DNA of 35,902 nucleotides from Bigelowiella natans CCMP2755 (taxonomy: Eukaryota > Protista > Cercozoa): positions 1-35,902 of the forward strand of contig ADNK01002317.1 in NCBI GenBank assembly GCA_000320545.1, written 5' to 3'. Both the position numbers and the translations under genes were made by a program. Shown piece after piece: positions 1 through 12,079 of the stretch; positions within the stretch are counted from its first letter, which is position 1; every line of letters starts with the position of its first letter. The notes beneath the pieces are model-generated. The model saw only the letters and a program-made list of their open reading frames with translations. It was not told the origin of the DNA and did no database searches.

Positions 1-312
1 TTTGCGAGTGATGATTTTGATTTGCATGTTCCACACCTCCTGTGGAGTTCAAACATTTTGTGGCACGTGCTGCACATCCATTTCAAGAGTCTTCTTTTTC
101 ATCTCACCCCAACCATCTCTTTTTTTGCCACTACGCTGTGCACATCTGGACATGCCTGATGGTCTGCTTGCTAGGTGGCACGTCACATCTGTGCATCTCC
201 AGCATTCACCTAGCCCATTGTCACTGTCCAACAACTGTCACTGCTAGAGGAGATGGTCCACGCCTTTCACGATGCCACACATGTCACATGTTCCATCTGC
301 TTCTCTAGTTCT

Positions 313-1180
313 TCACATTGGCCACCGGACAACATGAGGCTTCCGAGATCGCTCTCTGAGCAGATGGCGCGCACCTGCCCCTGAATGTCTATTTTTTCGA
401 TGGCGACCACTTTCCGCCCCCAACGCTCGCTTCAATTCCGTGCACAAGAAGTACAAGTTCCTCATGTCTCTGTTGAACACCTGGACCCGTCGCTCAATGC
501 AATGTTGCTTGATGAAGATTTTGAGTTCGATATGAGGTGTCCGGTCATATGAAGTGTACCCATCTCTGTTTTCGGCCTCAATGTTTGCATTCATGTCAAC
601 TAGGTACTTTACGATATCCAAATGACCCTTAATGGAACCCAAAATTGACGGAGTGTCACCTAATGTATCGTCATGTGAGCATTACAAACAATGTAACATC
701 TTCTACAACTGCTGCTGCCTAGATGCTAGCATTGGTTCTCACCGTGATCGTCTTCCGCCTCAATGTTTGCCTTCATGTCAACCAGGTACTTTACGACATC
801 CAATTGACCCTTCATGGAACCCAAAATTAACGGAGTATTACCTAATGCATCGTTGTGTAATCATTACAAATTATGAAACGTCTTCTACAACTGCTGCTGC
901 CTCAATGCCAGCATTGGTTATCACCGAATTCGTCTTTCGCCTCAATGATTGCCTTCATGTCAACCAGGTACTTTACAATATCCAAATGACCCTCCATGCA
1001 ACCCCAAGCTAACGGAGTAAAACCTAATGTATCGTTGTGTAATTATTACAAATTATGTAATGTAACATATTGAAATTGAACATTGTGCCAACAATCTATA
1101 CGCGCAAGGCACATACGTGGCCCCGAACGCTCAAACATGTAGGTTTTTATCTTCCAGACCCTCAAGAAGAGAACAGCCAT
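313..1180 (-). CDS. Ankyrin-repeat protein (3 full repeats plus cap and basic tail); 5' end uncertain
   Basis: Minus-strand exons 925-1023 (FTPLAWGCMEGHLDIVKYLVDMKAIIEAKDEF), 743-841 (GNTPLILGSMKGQLDVVKYLVDMKANIEAEDDH) and 313-659 (GDTPSILGSIKGHLDIVKYLVDMNANIEAENRDGYT...) are joined by phase-1 GT-AG introns 842-924 and 660-742. They match the ankyrin consensus GxTPLxxAxxxGHLDIVKYLVxxxANIxAxD. The first coding exon is tentatively 1117-1180 (MAVLFLRVWKIKTYMFERSGP). Confidence 0.85.
561..1058. repeat. 182-bp tandem exon+intron unit, about 2.7 copies
   Basis: The same motifs recur at 182-bp spacing, e.g. the acceptor-side ctaatg at 660, 842 and 1024. The two complete 83-bp introns differ at about 13 of 83 positions by manual alignment. 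Confidence 0.92.
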
Positions 1181-1423
1181 GGCAATTGCTGCCTCCGCTG
1201 GTAGATCTGGGTGTTTAGTGTGGCTCTCATCTATTTTGCTATCCATGAGGACACTGTGTGCAGCGTATTTGTGTGCATGTGTATAAATGTTATCCCAACA
1301 ATCTATACGCGCAAGGCACATAAGTGGCCCCGAACGCTCAAACATGTAGGTTTTTATCTTCCAGACCCTCAAGAAGAGAACAGCCATGGCAATTGCTGCC
1401 TCCGCTGGTAGATCTGGGTGTTT
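1088..1423. repeat. 129-bp near-identical direct duplication, period 207 bp
   Basis: 1088-1216 and 1295-1423 are identical except C1116 versus A1323. Confidence 0.95.
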
Positions 1424-1609
1424 TGTATGACTCTTTTTTCACCAAATCTATTCCAAGCACTAGAGTCTTACCGCTGGCAACATAATTAGATGTGAAATAT
1501 CATCATCTCCGACGGAGGGAAGGAGCTGGTCTATGGGCACGAACATTCCAGTTTGGCCCTGACGAACATGAAGAAACTATATCATCGCACGCATTTCCTC
1601 TCCCTTTCG

Positions 1610-1715
<106 letters not shown>

Positions 1716-2788
1716 TTTTTACTCATGCACTGAATACCTACACCAAGTATTTTGTGTTCACAGCTATCACTAATCGTGCGATTCACACTACCTTCGCCTT
1801 CTTCGCGCGGCGGGAATCGATAAGATGCGGAAGTATTAGGAATATCGGGTCGACTTTCGTCGCGATGTATAGACTTCCATCTGGCCCACGCTATCATCTA
1901 TGAAGCAGCTGCCCTGAACAAGATGATATGCGCCGTAAAAGTTACCCGGGGAGAAATTTTTAACGAAATACTGCACCCGAATTCCTACTTAGACCTACCG
2001 TGTCGGTGCTGACTTTTTGAAGCTCGAATATGACTCCCTTTCACCGCAGGTGTTGGACCTTCGACCCATACTTCGGATGAAGAAGAAAAACAGTTCCCGT
2101 CGGGGGGGTTTTGAGGGAAGAGCAGCACACGTCGAAGTTGCATGACACCTATCCCTAGTTTTTCCACACGAATTCCACTAGATCTACGCGCTTCCAGTCG
2201 TTTGACATGTGTCCTTGCAAAAGAGGAAAAAGATAAGGGCTTCCCGCAATTTTCGTAATGCACAAAACGCATGCACAATTGTCATCGCGACAACACGAAA
2301 CATTACAGCTGTACTCGTAGATTAAGAAGTTAAAACTAGATCTTAATAACGTTGGAGTAAGATCTCCTCCTGTCTCCACCAAAAACTCACCTCACAACAA
2401 AAGCGCCTGTGTGGCTCGAAGACAAGCCTTTTATGATCCGGATACTTCGAAACAAAGGCCGTTCGTCATCTAAATTTTCCTTTGGTAACGGTATTTCCTA
2501 CCCTTCCAGTAAAAATGGGCATACGAGCACAGAGTTTGTTTCCTACCTGTAAATATCTCTTAAAAAGTACCATCTTAACGAAGGACGATGAACGGACCAC
2601 CTTTATCTTCGGCCTAGATTCATGTCGCAGAAGCATAAATCAACTGCGTTTCATCGTTCTAAGTTCAGAAAAGCATCTACTGAGGGAGAGTCGCGTTTCC
2701 CTTGCCCCGTTGCTCCGGGGGTGAGTTGTACGGGAAGACCACCTAGGACCACTTGCTCACTGCATCAGTTGGGGCGAGAACTGTGATT

Positions 2789-5700
2789 ATGATTATCGTG
2801 TTCATCCTCCTGAAGGTTTTTTCCTGTACTTACTCACCCACGGATGCACTCTCTTCGTTAACCAGATTTGAATTAACCCTTTAGGTCATAGAAGCTACGA
2901 CATCCACCCCGTCTACCGCTTCGGGAAGCCAAATTGTACCGACACCATCCCCTACGATATCTACTGGGTGTCCTACTGCGGGTTATATTCAACAGACACC
3001 ATCCCCCGCGACAGCCGCCCCAACTACTGCGAATCCTTTGTCTGTGGTTGAAACATCCGCCCCTTCTGCGGGCTTCATTTCACCTATACCATGCCCCACG
3101 TCATCTACCCCAACTACTGCTAATCCAGTAACGTCATCTCCGAGCTCCTCTTCGCCAACGGCCCAAAAAACGCCATCCACATCTCCAACTGCCTATCCTT
3201 CGCCCTCCCCCTTTGCAGAAACGCAGCCGACTACCTATCCACAGGAAAGATCTTCTACCACAGCACCGTCGCTCTCACCAGTTTCTACCCCTACCAACTC
3301 ACCGAGCCTGTCGCCAGCAACTCCTGCTCCTTCACAATCGCCATCAACATTTTCTCCTCTCACCTATGAAGCCCCCCCGCAGCCATTGTATTCCACCCTT
3401 TTCGACTCTCTCACGGGGTTTTCCATCACCTTCACCCACGATACAACTCGGGAGTCGCCTCCATCAGCTTTCGCCGCCAATACTTCCTGCGCCTACTTCC
3501 TGGGCGATGTGACGCTTGCGAAGCTGGGCGAGCTCCCTGAATGCCTTTGGTCCACACAGGATGCTCGAGAGCTTCTTGTATATTTCGGATCGAGCCCGAC
3601 GATTGTTGTGAACGACGTAGTTTCCCTGCTTGCAAATTCAGTCTCGCGGGTAGTAGTAGTAGTAGTAGTAGTATCAGCACCACCAGCATTACCACCATCA
3701 TCATCATAAGTAGCCTCTGCTATGATTCCTGATATTACCATTCAACAGTATACCTACAACTACAGTGGCAATGCCCATCATCTATACATCGCTCACACAC
3801 TGCAACTACTCTCCCAACGATAACAGGTGAATCCATCAACCGGCGGCTTGTTGTATATGGAAATTAACTACAACGTCTCTCTGTCCGCACCAACATTGGT
3901 CCAACCTGTGCAGTTAGAGGTAGGAAGCATATATCCAATATTCGCTCGCCTCTAATTGATCATCGATATCTCCAAAGATATTTTCCTGCACTACTAGTCA
4001 CAATATGGAGGCATCGTGACTATGTGACTATGCATATGGATTGTTTCTTTCCCCCGCTCTCTGTACATCGTGATATCTACCCATATGATGAGAAAGGATG
4101 AGAGAGACAGAGAGGGGGGGGGGGAGAGAGAAAGAGATAGTAAAATTTAAAAGCTGTAATTTAGAATTCTTATTGATTCTATCTTCATATAAGGTGGTTG
4201 GCTCTGAAAGCGTAGGTCCATGCGACACGTTGAGATTAATCGCGTCAACCAGATCTGGAGCTGGAGGGCGAGCATTAACATATAGCTGGACATACGATGC
4301 AGCTAACTCTTCAATTGAGGCGGAATTGATCAACCAACAAGTAGTCAACAGCACGGTAAGAAGTACGACAGGTGGAAGCATCGAAATTCAAGCTTCCCTC
4401 CTTAACGCGGGCATTCACCGTTTCACGGTACAATCAGACAGCCATATCAAAATATTCTTGCTTCCGAATGTTGTCTTAGCCATCACCGTTGCTCTGTAGT
4501 CCTCACGGGCGCCGCTCCACACCATCTTACGTTCATTTTACCATCTTGCTCTTCTATCCCAGACTGTGGCCCACAACTGGATTGGCGGCTCCGGCAACGC
4601 AAGCCTACAAGTGGTGCGGAGCGAAAACTCGAATCCGACCGTGTTCGCATCAGCGGGAACTGTGCTCTCGCATCTGCGCTCAGAGCCATTGACAATCAGC
4701 GTAAGGCTCGGCCAGCCCGTATGTTCGAATACGAGTGGTGGGAACGCCACCACAGTGTATTCGATGTATTCGAACCTCTCTTCTATTGGCCTGTGGGCGC
4801 AGGCGTTTCAGTCGCCTTTATCCCCACGGCCATCCACTCTCTCAACATTGCCTTACGAGAGCGCACTGACCGATCATGCGGTGACCATTCCAAACCCCAA
4901 TAGCCTGACCCTTTACCTCCCCGCAGACACCCTTCGAATGGGACGTAGCTATTGCTTTAACTTTGCTGGCCATTTCGCCGAGGATGGTGTGCAGCAGGTG
5001 GGAGGAGTCTCGAACGCTAGCTTCGTGATAGAGGTCGCTCTGAGGGATGTAGAGGCAAAGATCTCTGGAGGATCTCTCCGCTCCTTTCCTGTAATCCCCT
5101 CGAACACCACCTTGATCCAGTTCGATGGAACGTCCTCAAGCGACCCGGCTAATGCAACCAGCGGCGTGCTGAAGTTTGCATGGGAGATCCGCGAAATCAA
5201 CTCGTCAGGAACCGTCGACGTTCTGAAGTCCAACTCGAGCAGCGCCGCGCTTGGCCAGTGGGAGATTTCAACTGCGATTCTCGACTCCGAGAGATCCTAT
5301 AGAGTCTTCTTAAACGTGACAGGGGAGGAGATTGTGTCCGGCCAGCCACGAACGGCATCGACTTTCCAGGATATCGAGACGCTTGCTCCCGAGGCACCAA
5401 GCGTTGAGATTCAGTCGCTGGTAGACGCTAGGATCAACCCTTACGACAAGCTTAGCCTGTCCTCGGTCATCACAAGTGCCGACCTGACCTACTCCGTGCT
5501 CTGGTCCGCTCCCTCTGGCAACTTCGCCCTGGATGATGCCTCTAAGCTGCGCTCGGGGATCACGGCTGAAAACCTGGTGATAGCCCCCGGCGCATTGAGC
5601 TCCGGGGAGTCGTACACATTCCAAGTGACCGTGACAAACTCGTTCGAACTTGCGGCGAGCTCCAAGGTCGAGTTTACAACCAACTTCGCTCCGAGAGGGG

Positions 5701-8700
5701 GCACATGCAGTGTTACAGACGGTAACGGGGGTGCTGCATTGACGGGTGTTTTCACTCTAAAGTGCCAGGAATGGACAGACCCCGAGGAGGATCTGCCGCT
5801 ACTTTACCTCTTTCAAGCCGAAAGCTCTGGCGGCTTCATCGATCTCTCTGGTTCACAGCCCTTGGAATTTCTCTCCACCGTGCTTCCACTGCCAGTCAAC
5901 TCGACAACGAATGCAGGAGGCCAAAATGCTGCTGGGCTGTTCGGAAATCTGACCTTAAAAACTATTATAAGAGACCAGCTTGGATCCCAAGCTTCGTACG
6001 ACTATATCGCTAACGTCTCCACTTCCACGCAAATCAGCACAGGTACGCCATGTCACCTTATTCTCCGAATTTTATTATGCATTTTCACGTTCTCTCCCCT
6101 TCTATTGCGTTTGTGGTGGTTTGATCTCTCGCTGTTGCTCCTTAGATGCGACGACGGAGTTGGCGCAAAAGTCAGTCCAGTCTGGGGATCTTTCCACAGC
6201 CGCGGTATTTCTGACGGGCAGCATCCAGTCTCTTGGGCAGAATGACAGCACCTCTTCCGGGTCTGCTACGCAAACCGAGACTTCGGAGCAACAGTCCAGA
6301 ATCTTGAGCACTTTGAACTCGTTCACACAACTTGCGACGGAGACGGGAGGGGAAAACGCCATGGATACGCCCGCTGCTCTTCTGAAAAACACTATCAGCG
6401 CCGCTTCAAGTTCTTCATCGGCTTCGTCATCATCATCAACTTCCCTGCTCCAGTCTTCTGTGGTGTCGGACGCTCTCACCACGGCGGAGTTGATTATCTC
6501 CGCCTCTCAATTCGTCTCGGCAGACGCAGAGGCCCCCCAAATCACGATAGATGCCGTCGCTTCTCTCATTCCCTCCATAGTAGCAAACAGCAGTGCCTCT
6601 TCTGAGAGCGCTGCTCAAGACACCCAGATAGAAGCCTCCACCAGGTTCTTAAGAATAGAAGACGAGTGCAACAACATATAAATGGGAGGATCGCTTACCT
6701 TAGCAACCTCCGATGTGAGAGTGAATAGAACTCTAATCCCCCCCTCCCCCCCCGCCCCCGATAATGAACGCAACAGTTATCAATAACTCAAAACTAGATC
6801 CTCACTTTCATTTAACGATGCGCTTTTAAGAGTTGTCACGGCTGCCGTTGACGTCGGATCTGCGCTCCTGGAAGGAGCTCTGGTGGGCGAGACTGCGGGG
6901 GAAATTCTCAGCGACGGTGGGTGGTAGCTGTCGCCATAGTGTGTGTGTTTTGATGGAGCGTGGAACGGAGGAGGGCGAGGCGGAATTTGGTGGGAGTGAT
7001 GATATGGGTTTCGGAGTGAGTTATTCGTTTGTGCTCGAAACTTTGATCAAATGCCAACAAGGTATATCTTTGTGTCTCCTTTGCCTCATGTCTCCTATTC
7101 TCTCTCTTTCGCAATGCATCCTGTCAGGGCTATCCGTTGCGTCTCAAAGGATCAGCAGCTCCGCCGCGTCACTAGGAGGCCACACGCTGAATAGCAGCAC
7201 GAGAGCATCAGCGACTTTGTCTGCTGATATTGCAAACTCCTCGCAGCATTTGTTCGGAACCGAAATTGATACTATCCTTTCCTATTCGCTGACAGAGCTT
7301 TTCCCCAGCAACGAGTCCAGTAGCAGTTCCTCCTCGTATTCCTCCTCCACAGGCCTCGTCACGTTCCAATTGCGGAGGAAAGATGAGCGCGTCCACATTC
7401 CGGTGAGCGTTTCCGACGACGCCCCTATTCTTATCGAAATTCCACTTGAAGAAGGTACTAAAGAGTGCAACGCGTTATAAGGGAAAAGAGAGAAGAAGAA
7501 GATGAAGAAGTCTGAGGAGAGGAAGGAAAATTCAAGAAGTGAGGATGTAGCTGCGCGGGGAAGTAGTTTGTTTGTAACATATGTGCACCATTGCTTGCTT
7601 TTCAGAACTTAATTCCAGTCTCACGAGCACGTGCAGATTCTGGAACGCAACAGAAAACACGTTTTCCACAAACGGAGTCCACTTCCAATCAACACGGGGA
7701 AGCGCAGGTTATTTAAGGAAGCAACTCAGATCATCTTGATACCTGTCTAACTCTTTTTTGCTGTTGTTGGTTTGTGGGTTCAGCCGATGGGGACCTTCGA
7801 CTTGTGTGCAATACTACCCATCTAACATCGTTCTCTTCCGTCTCGAGCCCAGAGATACAGATAAACACGTTTGGGGAGGAGCATGTAAGCCAAAGGGCGT
7901 TTTCCGTGAAGAACCCAGTGATGATTTTTGCAATAGTCATCCTCAGCCTGTACGTCGTGGCGGCTGCGTCCGCATTCCAAGCGGACGAGATCGTGAAGGA
8001 GCGGTCGGGAGGCCCGAAGGAGAACACCAGAAGGTTTTGGAGACGGGTGAACCTCGCAACGCAGCATATGGTCTTCAGCCAGCGCGGCTGGAAAGTGTCG
8101 CGCGACATGATTATTTTTTGGCTTCGCCGTACGCACCCATGGGTCTCAACGGTGTATCGGTACCCAGGTGATTATCTCACTTCGTTTAAGAGAATTACAA
8201 TTCTCTTCACGCTGGTGCTCAATACGCTGACAATAGCAGTCCTTCTAGCGGGGCAGACCCAGTCTCTTCCCTTCATGGACAACACGCTGTCTGGCGCTGT
8301 TGTTACGGCTATGTTTGCCTTTCCCGTTCCCGTTCTTCTCGCGATCATCTTCGCTAGGAAGATTCCGAAGCACTTTCTCGTCGAAGTTGATCCGAATCGA
8401 ATTGGTTGCATCGGGCACATTATCGTGTACCTCTTTGCGGACGATTTCAAGCTGAAGGGCGAAGAAGACGACCAACCAAAGGAACAACAGATCGTGAGCG
8501 TTCCCGTTCGAGACGTGAAGGAGCATGTTCGCCGGAGGAACAAATCACCGAGGAAGCGATCATCTACCGGGTCGTTCTTAAACCTACAGAGCCACCCGAA
8601 TTTGCTGGTCAGGACAACAGCAAAAGAAGAGGTAAGGCCTCCCTCGCGTATGATTGCGCGCCCCAGCTCAGCTGTGTCTGCTCTCGACCGGGCAACAGCA

Positions 8701-10377
8701 ATGATCACACTACACCCAAATATCCCTGAGAATGGGAAGGAGGAAGAAGAAGAAGAAGAGGAAGAAAGGGAGATCTCGCCTTCTGCTCGCCAATCCAGAT
8801 CCCTTGAAAAAGGGAGAATTATTCATAGAAAGGCCCGGATGACGATAGCGAGCCAACTGCCTCGAACCCAAAAAAAGACTGCTGCCGAGGACGACGGGAA
8901 GATGATCAATCTAGCTGACATGCACGATGCGCACGGCGACGATATCATCCAAGATGAAAGAGCCACGCATGAGCGCCATGAGCACAAGCGGCTGAAGCAT
9001 CATAGAGGGCGCCGCCGCAGAACCGCTGATTTCATCACGGCGTCAAATCAGGGACAGCTGGGCGATCTTGCAATGACGGGTCACCATCTTGGGAGCGGGG
9101 AGACACCAGGTAGTCTTGGCAACGACACACCGAGAACTATCGGCAGTTCTGATTACGGTAGCGGCTCTCGTGGTAGTGGAGACACCAGGGGCCAGGCCAA
9201 TGGAAGCACGAGCGAGCCTGTCTACGGCGCAAGCAATGTATTGTGTTGCGGGATTAAGGTCAAGGACCACCCAGCAACGACAAATCCAGATTACACGCTA
9301 TACGACGCGGCCGGCGTGCTGTTGTGTTGGGTCTTAATGCTGGGGTGTGCATTTATTCTTGTGGTTCTGGGGCATACCTTGGGGGAAAGCTCCGTCAAGA
9401 CTGTAGTGATCTCGGCGCTGAGCTTTTTGTACGACCTCGGGAGCCGCATCGTTCTCATCGTTTTTGTCCAAGCCCTGCTCTTTTTCCCGCTGTGTGGCCG
9501 GGACAATGCTGCCGATGCGGAGACGAAAGGAGACTATGTCCACGAAGAAATTCACGCTGAGAGGCTTGTGGAAGTCACGTTCGAGACTGGAAAGCTAGGC
9601 TTTGGCTTCACAAACCTCTACATAAACCACATCGTCCCATCCTCGCAAGCTGCTCGCTCCCTGAAGCTCAACTGGAGGATCCGAGCAGTGAACGGCAAGG
9701 TCGTCACAAATGACGAGGAAGCTGAGGTGGAGATCCAGAACGCCCATCGTATTTTCGATAGATTCTCTATAGCGCTGGTCAAACCGGAGAACAAAGGCGA
9801 AGAATTCTATGCTAACAAAAAGAGATCAGCAATTAACTGGATCGCAAGCGCAAAGCAGGGGGGGATTGTTTTGAACAAGTCACGTCTCATAAATGTTGGT
9901 CTCATCAATGCTGGGAATGAAACCAAGCTTCCGTCTTCTTCCTCGCATCAGGCTGTTGCCAGAAGAAAGAGGACTGATAAGACGGTACTGATGATGGTGA
10001 TACTGGCGTGGCTGTATAATTATTTTTGAATTTGTTTAGCATTTCCACCGAAAAATATGTTTCATTCGTTTTCTCTCGTTCGTTCTCGCATGCTAGCCGT
10101 GGAGTCTTGAGAACCTTTTTGACACTGTAGGATGCGAAGCAGCAAGAGCATCAACTGGGCGAAGGCGATGAACCAAAAGTAATTTCTAGCTCCCTGCACA
10201 ACCTCAAGAAGACATCTCCACGAAGTGGATCTAAGGATGTTAGCTTCTCTAGCTCAATGCGTAAGCGTATGCTAGCTACTTGGGCCACTAAAGAAGTAGA
10301 GTGCACTCCCAGCATTCAAATGTCAACGATTGTTCGTACCAACACCAATGGTAAATCTCTCAATATACACATTACAC

Positions 10378-10416
<39 letters not shown>

Positions 10417-10604
10417 TTATTTATATTGCTTGCAATACCACAACCTCAACTGAATTAATTTCTCTATCAGGAGGTAATAACAAAGACCCGTCTCTTCTCG
10501 AATCCGGAGACGAACGACTACAGATCTTTGATATTGATAACTCATCACTAACACGCCCTGGCGCGGGCAAAAAGGATGGAAAGCAGTTGGAATTAGCTCT
10601 TTAG
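2789..10604 (+). CDS. Polycystin-1/REJ-like GPS membrane receptor with 5 TM and a cytoplasmic PDZ-like domain (~2050 aa, ~12 exons)
   Basis: Approximate exons 2789-2815, 2885-3649, 3827-3919, 4194-4427, 4563-6042, 6147-6644, 6831-6916, 7128-7454, 7606-7707, 7784-9984, 10131-10350 and 10472-10604 splice in frame. Features: signal peptide MIIVFILLKVIEA; Pro/Thr/Ser stalk; REJ/PKD motifs (GPCDTLRL..SGAGGRALTYSW, FDGTSSSDP, NFAPRGGTCSV..FTLKCQEWTDPEEDLPLLYLF); GPS TCRFWN...CNTTHL/TSF; PKD1-type TM2 motif HPWVSTVYRYPGDYLTSFKR; PDZ-like VTFETGKLGFGF...IRAVNG. Confidence 0.85.
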
Positions 10605-11657
10605 CCTTTCGTTGTGCAGATAGAAAGATGAATGGTTACGAGTGTGTTATGTTAGTAATGAGGAGATTATAAATCTCACAAAACAATCATCCGCAGCTAT
10701 ACAAGACGCCCGCGCGCATGGTGTGGTACATGTATAGCATAATACTATGTCTATTGTGGCAGCTGGAGCCCTTCAATGAATAAATGTCTACGTGATCTAC
10801 ACTAGGCACGTGGGAAGCCGTGCGCGACGCACCAGTGTCGACCTTTATTCCTCTAAGCCACATAGCTTAAGGGGTGGTATTTGCTGTTTTTAGCGCACAT
10901 TACGCGGTCGCAAGGTGATCGCACACAAACTACGCGTCTAAGCAATCGTCAAGCAAAGTAGCATAGTAAAATAATGAATGCGTATGCTGTGTGGCGCTTG
11001 TGAACTTACGAGGCTGACGGACACATTTTTGGCTAAGTTAGCAGCTAGATCAATGGCGCGCATATATGCGAACGCTGCATTATAGGTTACGTAACAGAGC
11101 GAATAGAGCAATTTAAGAGTTGTAGCCGCAGCTTTGCAAAGCTGCATAAGGATGATAATTGAACAAAATCAAAATATGTTCATTCTAGTCATTACATCCA
11201 CATACGCATGATCGCGGCAATACGACGATGCGAGGGCCGCTAAGTACACACATGCCACCTGCATCTTAGCGTTGTAGCCGCCGCATTCCACAGCTGCATT
11301 ATTAGGATGACTATTTGAAAAATTATAACCTTTTCATTGCATCCGTCCTACATGCCACCTGCCTCAGTTATATGAAACAGCAGTCACAGTCGAAGGGACA
11401 AAGCCTCGTTTTGCCTGAAAACGGTGTTTGAAACCAAATTCCAAAACTAGTTAGTGAAACGCTTAATCGGACGAACAAACACGTGTCTCATGGGATCCAC
11501 GGGAGTAAATTTGCTGCATTTAAATAATACTACAAGGGGGGGAGGTGAGAGGAGGAATAACTGAGCGCACCAGCGCAGGGCTTATTCTGCTTTTTGAGGA
11601 CGTCAATTTTGTATATCGGAAGGCTATCGCCATTGGTGTGCCTTCCAGTGAAACCCT

Positions 11658-11660
<3 letters not shown>

Positions 11661-11711
<51 letters not shown>
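11661..11711. repeat. Compound (TA)n(TG)n microsatellite
   Basis: Directly visible. The same arrangement occurs near 16935-16990 and 35539-35590, and in reverse orientation near 26815-26906 and 27131-27186. Confidence 0.95.
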
Positions 11712-11798
11712 ATTAATATGTATAAATTATATGCACATCTGCACATGAAGTGCCTCGTTCTTCTCTTATTCTAAATGCTAGATGGTATGTTCCGGTGT

Positions 11799-12005
11799 TC
11801 ATTTCCAGAGCGCCCTTATCATTACGATGGCTGGCGGTTTTACGACCTCCTTCGTGTGCCTCCCCCCAAGCCCATCGTCAACCCACTCCGTCTGCCTTCG
11901 CACACGTTTGGAAGAGGCAGGGGATTCGCTCACAGCCTGATGTGCTCCGCTGATCACCTCTTTCCGTTCGCTTCCATCCTGGTTTCACACGCGCGCGCGC
12001 GCGCA

Positions 12006-12079
<74 letters not shown>

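Noticed and set aside
2080-2125. PPDGNCF in minus ORF 1985-2278, resembling an OTU protease catalytic motif
   Set aside because: It is followed by SSSS rather than a helix, with no downstream OTU motifs and no supporting exon structure.
11026-11055. ttttggctaag...agatcaa resembling the U2 snRNA 5' region
   Set aside because: The match is interrupted and lacks both the GTGTAGTA branch-pairing sequence and the U2 5' end.
11600-11650. aattttg followed by hairpin ggaaggc...gccttcc, like an Sm site plus 3' stem-loop
   Set aside because: The Sm consensus is imperfect and no recognisable snRNA or SL-RNA 5' domain is present; an Infernal/Rfam scan would settle it.
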